Shown here: positions 8,774 to 17,681 of the stretch, piece by piece | Layout of the letters: every line of letters begins with the position of its first letter | Position numbering within the stretch: position 1 is the stretch's first letter | Origin: a virus | Virus record (IMG/VR): IMGVR_UViG_3300008267_000004 | Span: 1-64,000 of that record | DNA length: 64,000 bases | Reading direction: 5' to 3' (one strand) | Program-made: the position numbers and the translations under genes | Notes under the pieces: generated by a model | Seen by the model: only the letters and a program-made list of their open reading frames with translations | Database searches by the model: none | Told to the model about the DNA's origin: nothing

Positions 8774-9790
8774 TTATTTTTTCCCAATTCTTCTGCGGTT
8801 AGTAAATTTTTTGCTTTCAGAAACACCAGTAACAGATCTTAATTTATCACTTCTTACGTCTGTTGCTTTTTCATCAGCAGAGCCAGCAATAATACTAGCA
8901 AATTTAAACCAATTTCCATCTTTATCAAATAAGTCTTTTAATTCTGGTAGTTGTGCATATAAACTTCCAGATCCTTCTTTGCTTGCAATAATTGACATCA
9001 TATCAATATTTTTAATTCCATCAACAACACTAGACATTTCTGCTAGATGTGTTTCTAAAGCTTCTGCAAATTTAGGACTTCTTTCTACCTCTTCTGCATG
9101 AGTTTCTCTAATGCTAGCGTAGGCATCTATAATAGCTTGTAACTTATCTGCAATAATTTCTGAAGGTTTTGGATCCATTGCAGCTGCGGCTTCTGGGTCT
9201 TTTACTTTTTCAGTTAGATCAGATACAACTCTTCTAAATTCATTTCTAGCCTCTGAAACGTCTTCTAAATATTTTTCAAAATCATCTTCTGAGATTTCTA
9301 AAGGAGGATCGCCTTCAAGAACTAAAGAAGTACCGGGTACAGCTTCCGCTTCTCCAGCTGGTGTACCAGATTCGTCGCCACTACCAGATAAATCACCATC
9401 AAGTTCTCCACTAACTTCACCATCTGCCGCTGGGCCGTCTTCTCTACCAGCTAGAGCAGCTGCGGGATCTCCAACTTCTGGTTCTCCTTCAGAACCGGCG
9501 TCTGGGGTGGCTCCATCAGCACCGGCAGGTGCTGCGGCTGCTGGGGTGGCAGGTGCTTCGGTAACGCCAGCAGCGGCGCGTAGACCTTCATCAGCTCTTT
9601 CAAAAACTTCACTAGTCATTCCAAGCCATTCTCTTAATTTTGGGAATAATTTCAACAGAACACCCATAATTAGAGCGCCAATACCAACAGAAAGAGGATC
9701 TAAAAATTCTCTAAGTGGCTTTAAATGTTTTTTCTTAATTGGGGAATTTTTTCTTTCCTGTAAAACTCTACGTCTGATTATAACTCTCAT
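8774..9790 (-). CDS. Acidic low-complexity protein with N-terminal hydrophobic helix; putative internal virion/ejection protein
   Basis: Basic N-terminus, then LREFLDPLSVGIGALIMGVLLKLFP, an A/P/G/D/E-rich linker, a helical domain and a basic tail after VSES. Strong SD (AGGAG) and an ACTATTTA motif upstream. Confidence 0.55.
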   Translation of the reverse strand: MRVIIRRRVLQERKNSPIKKKHLKPLREFLDPLSVGIGALIMGVLLKLFPKLREWLGMTSEVFERADEGLRAAAGVTEAPATPAAAAPAGADGATPDAGSEGEPEVGDPAAALAGREDGPAADGEVSGELDGDLSGSGDESGTPAGEAEAVPGTSLVLEGDPPLEISEDDFEKYLEDVSEARNEFRRVVSDLTEKVKDPEAAAAMDPKPSEIIADKLQAIIDAYASIRETHAEEVERSPKFAEALETHLAEMSSVVDGIKNIDMMSIIASKEGSGSLYAQLPELKDLFDKDGNWFKFASIIAGSADEKATDVRSDKLRSVTGVSESKKFTNRRRIGKK

Positions 9791-9816
9791 AAAATTTCTC
9801 CTAGGTATTTATTTTA

Positions 9817-9824
9817 TAAATAGT
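9817..9824 (-). promoter_or_regulatory. ACTATTTA upstream motif (putative phage late promoter)
   Basis: In the 9791-9846 intergenic gap, 26 nt upstream of the ATG at 9790. Confidence 0.6.
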
Positions 9825-9846
9825 CTTTTGCTAATTCAATGGCATA

Positions 9847-10284
9847 TTATTTATTAGCAATAATAAATCCAAAAATTATTCCGGCTCCAACACCAGCAGC
9901 TACATATCCAACTGTTTTGATATTATTCCAAAAAGCCTCTGATTTATAAGAATCAATGACTCTTTGTTTAGCTAATAACTGTTCTTCAAACATTTCTCTT
10001 TGTATTTTTAATTCTATTTGTTTTGACTCGTTACACTTTTGAAGATCTAATTTTATTATAGAAAGTTCTCTTTGTTTATCTAATATAGCTAATTTAATTT
10101 TTTCATCTATGGCAAGGTATAAATTTGCCATACCAGGTTCAGAGAAGAAAAAACCATCAGTTTTTACGCACTCACCTGCTGGTAGGTATTCGTAATCAGA
10201 TGGTTTATCTTCTGCATAAGCTTTATTGGTTGATACAAAAGTAAAAATCAACAATATAAGTACTGATAATATTTTATTTTTCAT
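9847..10284 (-). CDS. Exported coiled-coil protein with signal peptide and C-terminal hydrophobic helix (spanin-like?)
   Basis: Probable start MKNKILSVLILLIFTFVSTNKAYA (signal peptidase I-type AYA site, no lipobox), central coiled coil, C-terminal VGYVAAGVGAGIIFGFIIA. Confidence 0.5.
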   Translation of the reverse strand: MKNKILSVLILLIFTFVSTNKAYAEDKPSDYEYLPAGECVKTDGFFFSEPGMANLYLAIDEKIKLAILDKQRELSIIKLDLQKCNESKQIELKIQREMFEEQLLAKQRVIDSYKSEAFWNNIKTVGYVAAGVGAGIIFGFIIANK

Positions 10285-10642
10285 TTGATTTTCCTTTAGT
10301 GCCAACTAAGGCATCAAATTCTTTAATAAATGCTCTAACATCTTTTTTTATTTGTTCTGTTACTTTAGTTTGTTTCTGTATTTTATCTATCAATATCTTA
10401 CTTTTTTCTAATTCTATCTCTAAATCTACTATTCTTTTTTTTAATTCCGTTTCTTGATCTAATTTTTCTGTTTCACACTTTAATTGTATTTCTGCTACAG
10501 TTTTTGCATTTCTTTCGTAAACTTCTTGCATTTTTTTTGATGTTTGATTATTTATATACTTTTGAACAGATGTAATTAATATTACACATAGTAAAAATAC
10601 CCCAGAAGCTTTTAAGAATAGTTTCCAATTAATAGTAATCAT
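10274..10642 (-). CDS. N-terminal TM plus coiled coil (inner-membrane spanin-like)
   Basis: Probable start at ATG 10642 (ATGA overlap with the holin-like gene). TM segment LFLKASGVFLLCVILITSV followed by a heptad coiled coil. Confidence 0.55.
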   Translation of the reverse strand: MITINWKLFLKASGVFLLCVILITSVQKYINNQTSKKMQEVYERNAKTVAEIQLKCETEKLDQETELKKRIVDLEIELEKSKILIDKIQKQTKVTEQIKKDVRAFIKEFDALVGTKGKSNEK

Positions 10643-10887
10643 TTTCCTGCGCCTCTCCATTTAATAGCTATGTCGGCAAAACCTTCTATACCAACATATC
10701 CAAGAGTTATTGCTACCCATTCATCTGGTCCAATTTTTCCCAAAAACAAAAGGGTGCTAGAAACCACCCAAACGAGAAATTTGCGACTAATCGCTTTCTC
10801 GGTGATGATATCCAGCACCCCTTTATCATTATTGCGTTCTTTTATTTCTTCTTTTACTTCTTTTTTTACGTCTTCAATTATTCCCAC
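10639..10887 (-). CDS. Holin-like small membrane protein (2 TM)
   Basis: 82 aa: charged N-terminus, SRKFLVWVVSSTLLFLG, WVAITLGYVGIEGFADIAI, basic C-terminus. Confidence 0.55.
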   Translation of the reverse strand: MGIIEDVKKEVKEEIKERNNDKGVLDIITEKAISRKFLVWVVSSTLLFLGKIGPDEWVAITLGYVGIEGFADIAIKWRGAGK

Positions 10888-10899
10888 CCATTTTTCCTC

Positions 10900-13800
10900 C
10901 TACTGATTTACATATGCATAATCGTCCTTTCTTTCGATACTGATTTGCATATCCACACAGTCTTTTAGGCTGTCTAAGTGAGAGATAAGTAAGACAGTCT
11001 TGAAGTATGACTTAATTAGTTCCAAGATACGCACAAAACCATCAAGATTTTCTTCATCAAGTGCCGTTCCTGGTTCATCCATGATGAAAATATCGCCTCT
11101 TGGTAGTGTTGTAACATTTAAAAGTGCCAATCTAATTGCTGTTGAGGCTAGTGTTTTTTCAGCACCACTTCCCATTTCAAGCGGTCTTGCATCATATTTT
11201 GGATGTTTAATCATGATATCTAATTTATCATCATCATTTACTAAATAAATAGAGAAGTCAACAACATTTGAAAGAATTTTTGCAATTTCTTGGTTAATTA
11301 TTGGTAGTTTTTTCTTAATAATCTCATAAGAGATACCGTTTGAATGCATACACACTTGATATAGATCATATGCTGCATATTCTTTCTGGGTATTAGAAAG
11401 ATCTTCCTTTAATTTCTTCAAGTTTTCAATTTTTTCTGAGTATGATCCTTGATACTTGTAAAGGTTGATTAACTCTCTATTATGATTATCAATATTTGAA
11501 CAAGTAAGACTAATTGTGCTCTCTAATTGCTCCTTTTTAAGTAATTTTTGCGTGTAATTTTCAATTACTTCACGATTTTGATCATAAATTGAGATACTTC
11601 TTTCTAAATCAGAGATAATTTTGATCGCTTTTTCAATTTGCACCTTATTTTTCTCTATTTCAATCTCATAACCCATCTTTTTAGAGACAGCATCGTTCTT
11701 TTTACGAGTTGCTTCAGACATTTTATTGTGTAAATCAGCTGTTTTAGCATCAAGCTCATTATAGCGAGCGTCAATGCCGCTATAATAGCTCTTACGATCC
11801 AACAATATTCCTTCATCTGTAGCCATTTTTTCTTTAGCTTGGAAGGCGTCCTTAATGAACTTGCAACTGGTGAATTGATTGCCACAGGGAATATCCTCTA
11901 GGAGTTTTAGTTTTGTTTTATATCCACTAATATTTGTTTGAAGATGAGTTATCTCTTTTTCTAGAGAGATCATTTGCTCATTTAGCAGCTCTGATTCCTT
12001 TTCATCCAACTTTAATTTATCTTTATCAATTAAAGATAGAAATTTTTCTACTTTAGAAATAAGTTCGGATAATTTCTTACAATCTTCTTCAAGAGATACG
12101 TTTTTTTTCTGCAAAGCATCTTTATTACCTATTAATATATTTAGATTCTTTACGGTTTTATCATAGTCAATAATTTCTGCGGGCATGTTTTTTAATGCCT
12201 CTTTGACTTTTTCTAATTCTTCCTTGGAGTCTTCAACATATTTTTTGCAATACTCTAGTTCATTTTTTGTATTCTCTATCTGAATAGAATTATTTTTTTC
12301 CTGTAGTTCAACAACCGCAATCTCTCTATCATAATCAGATCCTTCTAATTTCTTTAGAAGTGCCTTTAACTGTGCGCTTTCTTCTTTCGCCATCTTAAAT
12401 TTCTTCTCAAACATTTCAAGATCTAGAAATTTTGCAAGAATAGATTTACGATTAGTAGAACCTTCACCAATAAATGAAAGATAACCAAATTGACTTGCCA
12501 TAGAAGTCAAAAAGAAATCGTCTACAGTCCCAAAATATTTACGGATACTTTTATCCGTATCATTTCTAGCTAAACCATTAAGAGAATCACCAGAAGATTT
12601 GAATTCTACATCCGTTTTAGCCTCTATGGAAGTTACTCCTTTTAATTTTTTAGTATATTTCTCGGAAGTTCTGGCTATCTCATATGTCTCTCCGTCGATT
12701 TCGACAGAAATTCTCCCCGTGCCAGCCGCCTTATTTTGGTTAATTACATTAAGGTTTTTGCGATTGTTCTTAGATGTCGTATTATATACTGTGTATAACA
12801 TAGAATCCACAACAGAACTTTTACCACTATAGTTTTTACCAAAGATTCCAATGATTCCTTCTAGTTTTTCAAAGTCAATTTTGTTACCTTCGCCATAGTT
12901 AAATAGATTATCCCACTCAAGACTCTTTAATTTCCAATTAATACCTCGGTATACCTCTTCTCCTTCTTCCAATTGAGAGGAATAACGTTTATTTAATGAT
13001 AAAACCTTATCCATAACATCATCTTCAACTTTAAAATCTTTTAAATAATCACGAATAAGTTTTTCTTGTACAGATAAATCACGAAGATTTTGATCTTCTG
13101 ATACGATATCAGATACAATTTCTTCATCAGACCCTCTTAAATTTGCTTTATTTAAAAATGTAACTGATTCTGGTTCATATTTTGTTTTTACAAACTCAGT
13201 AGCTTTCTTGATTTTATCTAGTGTGATATTACTATCTGCTACAATCCTGACCCTTGAACCTTTTTTCAGATCTAATTTTGGTAGATTACCGTCAAAATCA
13301 AGAGAGATAGTAACAAAAGGATTAGGATTTGGAATAGAAATATGTTGACAAGTAAAATTATCCTTGTCTTGGATATTCCATATCAAAAATCCCTTATCAT
13401 CAGTTTCTCCAAAATTTTGTTGAACTGTAGAACCGGGGTATCTTACTCGTCCTTTTGAGTCTAGTGATTGATTAGTCTTGTGAATATCGCCAAGAAAAGC
13501 AAAATCATGCCCACTAAAGATATCAACACTATAGTCGCCGTGGTCCATAATATAACCAGTATCAGTAGCAACACCTGCAACGGAACCGTGAAACAGTGCA
13601 ATATTAATTTTGTCAGGATTTGAAGGCTTTTTCCAATTAGTTTCATCGAATATACTCATAACATTAAAAGAAAAATTTTCTCCGACATTTACTTCGCCGG
13701 ATTCTTTCAATAAGAAAAGATTATCTAAATTTAGAGCATTGATGATAGGGGTAATTGCATCTTGACGACTGCCGTTTCGTAGATTACCATCATGATTTCC

Positions 13801-14031
13801 TAAAATAACAAAAGTTGGAGCAATTGAAGCAAGATTTCTAAAAAAGTTACTTGCCATTTCTACAAATTCAGGACTAATTTGAGTTTTTGTATGTGCAATA
13901 TCACCACAATGTACAATACAATCTACTTGTTCCTGCTGTAAAACCTGATAGATTTTATCAAAAATTTCATTGTATTCGTCATGATATTTTAAATTTTTAA
14001 TATGTGTGTCTGCTAAGTGTGCAAATTTCAT
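10900..14031 (-). CDS. Fused Mre11/SbcD-type nuclease plus Rad50/SbcC-type ABC ATPase (T4 gp47-gp46-like)
   Basis: Phosphoesterase motifs ADTH, GDIAH, GNHD, FHG and GDIH; Walker A GKNYSGKSS; long coiled coil with PCGNQFTSC; signature MGSGAEK; Walker B FIMDEPGTALD; switch LISH. Confidence 0.9.
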   Translation of the reverse strand: MKFAHLADTHIKNLKYHDEYNEIFDKIYQVLQQEQVDCIVHCGDIAHTKTQISPEFVEMASNFFRNLASIAPTFVILGNHDGNLRNGSRQDAITPIINALNLDNLFLLKESGEVNVGENFSFNVMSIFDETNWKKPSNPDKINIALFHGSVAGVATDTGYIMDHGDYSVDIFSGHDFAFLGDIHKTNQSLDSKGRVRYPGSTVQQNFGETDDKGFLIWNIQDKDNFTCQHISIPNPNPFVTISLDFDGNLPKLDLKKGSRVRIVADSNITLDKIKKATEFVKTKYEPESVTFLNKANLRGSDEEIVSDIVSEDQNLRDLSVQEKLIRDYLKDFKVEDDVMDKVLSLNKRYSSQLEEGEEVYRGINWKLKSLEWDNLFNYGEGNKIDFEKLEGIIGIFGKNYSGKSSVVDSMLYTVYNTTSKNNRKNLNVINQNKAAGTGRISVEIDGETYEIARTSEKYTKKLKGVTSIEAKTDVEFKSSGDSLNGLARNDTDKSIRKYFGTVDDFFLTSMASQFGYLSFIGEGSTNRKSILAKFLDLEMFEKKFKMAKEESAQLKALLKKLEGSDYDREIAVVELQEKNNSIQIENTKNELEYCKKYVEDSKEELEKVKEALKNMPAEIIDYDKTVKNLNILIGNKDALQKKNVSLEEDCKKLSELISKVEKFLSLIDKDKLKLDEKESELLNEQMISLEKEITHLQTNISGYKTKLKLLEDIPCGNQFTSCKFIKDAFQAKEKMATDEGILLDRKSYYSGIDARYNELDAKTADLHNKMSEATRKKNDAVSKKMGYEIEIEKNKVQIEKAIKIISDLERSISIYDQNREVIENYTQKLLKKEQLESTISLTCSNIDNHNRELINLYKYQGSYSEKIENLKKLKEDLSNTQKEYAAYDLYQVCMHSNGISYEIIKKKLPIINQEIAKILSNVVDFSIYLVNDDDKLDIMIKHPKYDARPLEMGSGAEKTLASTAIRLALLNVTTLPRGDIFIMDEPGTALDEENLDGFVRILELIKSYFKTVLLISHLDSLKDCVDMQISIERKDDYAYVNQ

Positions 14032-14046
14032 TTATTCTCCAATAAA

Positions 14047-14078
14047 TTAATCCTGCCGATTTTTGTCAGCAGGATTAA
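14047..14078 (-). terminator. Intrinsic terminator-like hairpin
   Basis: Minus strand TTAATCCTGCTGA-caaaaa-TCGGCAGGATTAA (13 bp including one G:U pair that works only on this strand), followed by TTTATT. Confidence 0.7.
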
Positions 14079-14106
14079 TCATACTACACTAAATTTTTTG
14101 TGTCTA
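14078..14106 (-). promoter_or_regulatory. Sigma70-type promoter for the gp47-gp46 fusion
   Basis: Minus strand TAGACA (14106-14101), 17-nt spacer, TATGAT (14083-14078); one mismatch each to TTGACA and TATAAT. Confidence 0.7.
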
Positions 14107-14110
14107 GTGT

Positions 14111-14353
14111 TTATTTAGCTCTTTTAATACTTAAAATAGAGTCGCGGTCCATCGGTACTACAACAAAATCATGAGTATCATAATCAGAATTTTCCATAAA
14201 ACTTTTTACTTCTTCTCTGCTAGTAAGAATTTTTGGTGGAAACATCATTCCGGAATCATCATATACTAAATAAAATTCAACATCAGAGTTTTTTGATTCA
14301 TCATCTAATTGCTCTTTGATTACTTTTCTTAAGTAATTTTTTGTTATTTTCAT
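14111..14353 (-). CDS. Small protein with N-terminal MKITKNYLRKVIKEQ motif; putative internal head protein
   Basis: 80 aa, SD AGGAGAG upstream; N-terminal motif shared with two other ORFs. Confidence 0.55.
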   Translation of the reverse strand: MKITKNYLRKVIKEQLDDESKNSDVEFYLVYDDSGMMFPPKILTSREEVKSFMENSDYDTHDFVVVPMDRDSILSIKRAK

Positions 14354-14366
14354 AATACTGTCTCTC

Positions 14367-14903
14367 CTATGACTGTGTTAGTGTTTTTCTATCGCGACGA
14401 AGATCTTCTTGGTCGTCTATAGCATTATCAGTTTTTGGAACTCTCATAAATCCCGGATCTGGATCTTTTTTTATAGCTGGTTGGTATTTTTCCTCTTCTG
14501 GGGTTATAGAGTGGTCGTAGGAATCTAGTTTATCTAGATAATTTTTAAACCTTCTATCTCCTCTAGCTATTGTTCTAATAAACGTAACTAGCTGCGGATC
14601 AGCTTTGCCATTTAAAATATGTATACAGAATACAAAAAATTTAGGATAATTTAGATTATCTAATCCAAACTTTTCTCTAATTGATGATAAATCTTTCTCT
14701 AAGTTATCTCTTACTTGCTCTTTAGACGTTACAGACATACTAGTAACAGAGTGTCTGTAATTTATAAACAAATCAATTAATTCTTTTCTTAAGACTTCTA
14801 ATTTAGAAGATTTTGAACTCTTTTTTAATTTTTTAGTCATATTCAAAGCGTTTGCTATCTCTTCTTTTATTATTTTTTTAATATATGATTTATCTAATAC
14901 CAT
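14367..14903 (-). CDS. Protein with N-terminal MVLDKSYIKKIIKEE motif; putative internal head protein
   Basis: 178 aa; N-terminal motif shared with 14111..14353 and 1560..1835. Confidence 0.55.
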   Translation of the reverse strand: MVLDKSYIKKIIKEEIANALNMTKKLKKSSKSSKLEVLRKELIDLFINYRHSVTSMSVTSKEQVRDNLEKDLSSIREKFGLDNLNYPKFFVFCIHILNGKADPQLVTFIRTIARGDRRFKNYLDKLDSYDHSITPEEEKYQPAIKKDPDPGFMRVPKTDNAIDDQEDLRRDRKTLTQS

Positions 14904-14904
14904 T

Positions 14905-15849
14905 TTATATACTCATTATTTTATTGATAAGAAAATAATCTGTATTTTTAATTAGTTTGGCTTTCTTTTTACACTCCAAAAATTGTTCATGAGACATCTC
15001 TCCAACATCAATATTTTCTGGGATTGGAATTTTATAAACCTCTGCATCATAATGTAGAAGATCTTTGATTAATCTGTCAGCTTTTTTCTCTGCATCGGGA
15101 TCAAGGGCAATGAATACTGCTGAATCGTTTTTAATGAGTTCACGAAAAGTACGGGAACCTTCGCGCAAGGTGCTACCAAGAATAGGGATAGCATTTTTAG
15201 CTTTGATTGCGTCAAAAACTCCTTCAACGATTGTAACATCCTGACTCCAATCTACATATAGTTCGTTAAAAATAAGATCTTTTCTGACATCTGGATTAAT
15301 GTATTTCTTCCAGTTATCTTCGTATGTTCTTCCAATATAGTAATTTACTTTACCATCCATATTAAAGGATGGAATAATTACACGACCAGCATATTCACCG
15401 GACACGGCATATCCTATTTTCCAATATAGAATATCTTCTTTTGTCAGGCCACGCTCTCTTAAATACCTACGAGCAGGTAAAGAAGATAAACTATGATCTT
15501 TATTGCAAAGAGATTGAAATTCTGGTGGTAGATCTAAAATTATTTCTGTTTCTTCTTGAACTTCTGTTTGTTCTGCAAATATTTTTTCATAATCAGAAAT
15601 TTCTATTATACCGCAAAGCTCATTCCACAACTGAACTTGACTATAATTTCCTAGCCTTTTTACAATTCTAGATAAATTAGGCGTAGACCAATCACAAACC
15701 CAGCATTTAGCTGCTCCTTTTGCGATATTAACACTTAATTTTTTCTTGTGATGACTACAAAAAGGACATTTAAAAAGGAGTTCATTACCAGAATGATAAT
15801 AATCTCCTAAAATATCTGTTAGGATTTGGATTTTTTTTGCTTCTGACAC
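14905..15849 (-). CDS. DNA primase (DnaG-type, T4 gp61-like)
   Basis: Zn-binding CPFC...HH...CWVC, YLRERG, GRVIIP, toprim IVEGVFDAI, and IALDPDA (DxD). Confidence 0.9.
   Translation of the reverse strand: MSEAKKIQILTDILGDYYHSGNELLFKCPFCSHHKKKLSVNIAKGAAKCWVCDWSTPNLSRIVKRLGNYSQVQLWNELCGIIEISDYEKIFAEQTEVQEETEIILDLPPEFQSLCNKDHSLSSLPARRYLRERGLTKEDILYWKIGYAVSGEYAGRVIIPSFNMDGKVNYYIGRTYEDNWKKYINPDVRKDLIFNELYVDWSQDVTIVEGVFDAIKAKNAIPILGSTLREGSRTFRELIKNDSAVFIALDPDAEKKADRLIKDLLHYDAEVYKIPIPENIDVGEMSHEQFLECKKKAKLIKNTDYFLINKIMSI
14949..14956 (-). promoter_or_regulatory. ACTAATTA motif inside the primase 3' end (possible late promoter for the two IKE-motif genes)
   Basis: 45 nt upstream of the ATG at 14903, further away than the other copies; could be chance. 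Confidence 0.35.
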
Positions 15850-16358
15850 AACAAGTACCCTGCTTTCGCTATTACATACGAATCTGCTCTATCGTATGTT
15901 CCCTTTTTTGGGTTGTTGTGAGCAGTATACTCGACTTTAAACGTCGGCTCAAGCCCTAAAATATGCGCTAAAACAATTTCTTTTGCGTTGGCACCCTTCT
16001 CAATTTTAATGCCTAAAGCTTTTCTTGCTGTCGAAGCGCCGATATATTCTGGCTCAAATCCAAAAACTTCGCAACAAATCCAAGACACTATACCATTAAA
16101 TTTTCCGAGTGTCAAGATAACTTGCGCGCTAGATAATCCTGGTCGGAAGGCGTTGAGACTTTGCTCAATATAAACATTTGTTATGTAAAATAAGTGTTTT
16201 AGTTCTGTTAATTTCTGTTTTACTTGCGCTGCTTTTTTAAAAAGTGTATCATTTTTTTTACTAGTAAGGTCTAGCATTTCGTTGTATATAACAATGCCTT
16301 CATCAGTAAGTACGGTAAGCCCGGTTATTGAAGTGCTTATATCTAATCCAAGTATCAT
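15819..16358 (-). CDS. RuvC-like Holliday junction resolvase
   Basis: RNase H-fold acidic triad: ILGLDISTSITG, YIEQ, DRADSYVIA. Confidence 0.8.
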   Translation of the reverse strand: MILGLDISTSITGLTVLTDEGIVIYNEMLDLTSKKNDTLFKKAAQVKQKLTELKHLFYITNVYIEQSLNAFRPGLSSAQVILTLGKFNGIVSWICCEVFGFEPEYIGASTARKALGIKIEKGANAKEIVLAHILGLEPTFKVEYTAHNNPKKGTYDRADSYVIAKAGYLLCQKQKKSKS

Positions 16359-16651
16359 TAAACAATACTACCTGAAGTTTCTGTGTTTGTTAAGCTGGAG
16401 CTGAGTTGTGGTTTTATTGCCTCTAACATATTAACTTCTTCTTCTAATATAGAACCCCAAAGTGCTTTAGCTATATTTTTTACCTTTTCATCTTGAGAGA
16501 TAAAATTACTACCAGAAGTCAAAACATATCTAGATAAAGTTCTAGCTATTTCTTTTCCATCTTTTTTAATAATATTACTCTCTCTTACCTGAATATTGTT
16601 ATAGTTTACAATTTCAATTAAATCTATTATTTTTTCTTCAGTTAAACTCAT
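16358..16651 (-). CDS. Tail-fibre-associated small protein (assembly chaperone-like)
   Basis: IQVRESNIIKKDGKEIARTLSRYVL...KVKNIAKALW, a pattern often found directly after fibre genes; abuts the fibre gene 16652..17671. Confidence 0.6.
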   Translation of the reverse strand: MSLTEEKIIDLIEIVNYNNIQVRESNIIKKDGKEIARTLSRYVLTSGSNFISQDEKVKNIAKALWGSILEEEVNMLEAIKPQLSSSLTNTETSGSIV

Positions 16652-17671
16652 TTAAACCTCATATGTTATTGTAAAAGCTAATCTTGACTCATCATTGAGA
16701 GTACTACTTAGCTCGGAAGCTGGTACGTTAGAGCCAAAGTCATATAAAATATCTACAGAAGTTGCGTTCTCGGCCATCAAAAGAGTATAAGGGCCACGTC
16801 CTGCTGGTCCTATAAAACCATAATAACCAACAAGTCCGGTATAAAATATTACTTCAGTAGCGGCTCTTGACGTAAAAGGAAATCCTCCTATTCGCAAATT
16901 TCCTGTTGGTTTAGTACCCCAACTCCAAATTCTTATAGAACCATGACAAGTAACAGTACGACCAATTTTAGTGTAACTTCCTAATGCGTAACCTGTATCA
17001 GTATAGGTTACACTACCAGAAACTGTAGAACCCCAAAAACCAGGCGTCCATTTTCCTTCTTCATAGTCATCTAAAACTTCTGATGTCTTGCCGGTAGCAT
17101 TTGAGAAATTTGAAAAATCAATTCCTCCTCCGTCAGAAACTACAAAATATTTTCCATATATATTTCTCCATCTTATAGTAGAATCAAATGGATCATTCAT
17201 TCCCAAATCACGCGTATGGTCTCCATCTGGTAATAAACTACTTCTAACCGTATAGGCAACTTGTAAAAACTCAGTTGTAACTAGTCCCTGATTAGTAACT
17301 TTTAAAGGCGTTGATTCAATTGTACCATCTTGATTATAACATGCTACATTATACTCCCCAGCGCCAACATAATCAAAGGAAGGAATTCCAGTATTTAATG
17401 CAGCTGGCTCCATAAACAGACCCCAGGTGCCAACACCTTGTTTATCCCCTGAATCAATTGGATTCCAATTTCTAGTTATAAGGGGACCATCATATGCGTT
17501 TAATTTTATTCCAGTACTGCTAGTTAAAATTAAATTAGAATTACTGCCGGTAATAAGTAAATTACCACTTACATACGTATCGCCATACCCAGAATTAATA
17601 TTTTGAGTTTTTTTTTCGGTTGTAAGAGTTTTGTTTCTTATCCTAGCAAACTCTGATTCTTCAACTGCCAT
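16652..17671 (-). CDS. Tail fibre protein
   Basis: C-terminal module LDDYEEGKWTP...GSYTKIGRTVTCHG...IGGFPFT, typical of fibre tips, plus a PDGDHTRDLG...WRNIY shaft motif. Confidence 0.75.
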   Translation of the reverse strand: MAVEESEFARIRNKTLTTEKKTQNINSGYGDTYVSGNLLITGSNSNLILTSSTGIKLNAYDGPLITRNWNPIDSGDKQGVGTWGLFMEPAALNTGIPSFDYVGAGEYNVACYNQDGTIESTPLKVTNQGLVTTEFLQVAYTVRSSLLPDGDHTRDLGMNDPFDSTIRWRNIYGKYFVVSDGGGIDFSNFSNATGKTSEVLDDYEEGKWTPGFWGSTVSGSVTYTDTGYALGSYTKIGRTVTCHGSIRIWSWGTKPTGNLRIGGFPFTSRAATEVIFYTGLVGYYGFIGPAGRGPYTLLMAENATSVDILYDFGSNVPASELSSTLNDESRLAFTITYEV

Positions 17672-17681
17672 AAAAAATTCC

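Noticed and set aside
1988-9822. TATAAATA at 1988 and 9815 as T4 late promoters firing on the plus strand
   Set aside because: No credible plus-strand genes lie downstream, and the other copies (TAATTAGT) fit a minus-strand consensus at a constant distance from minus-strand starts.
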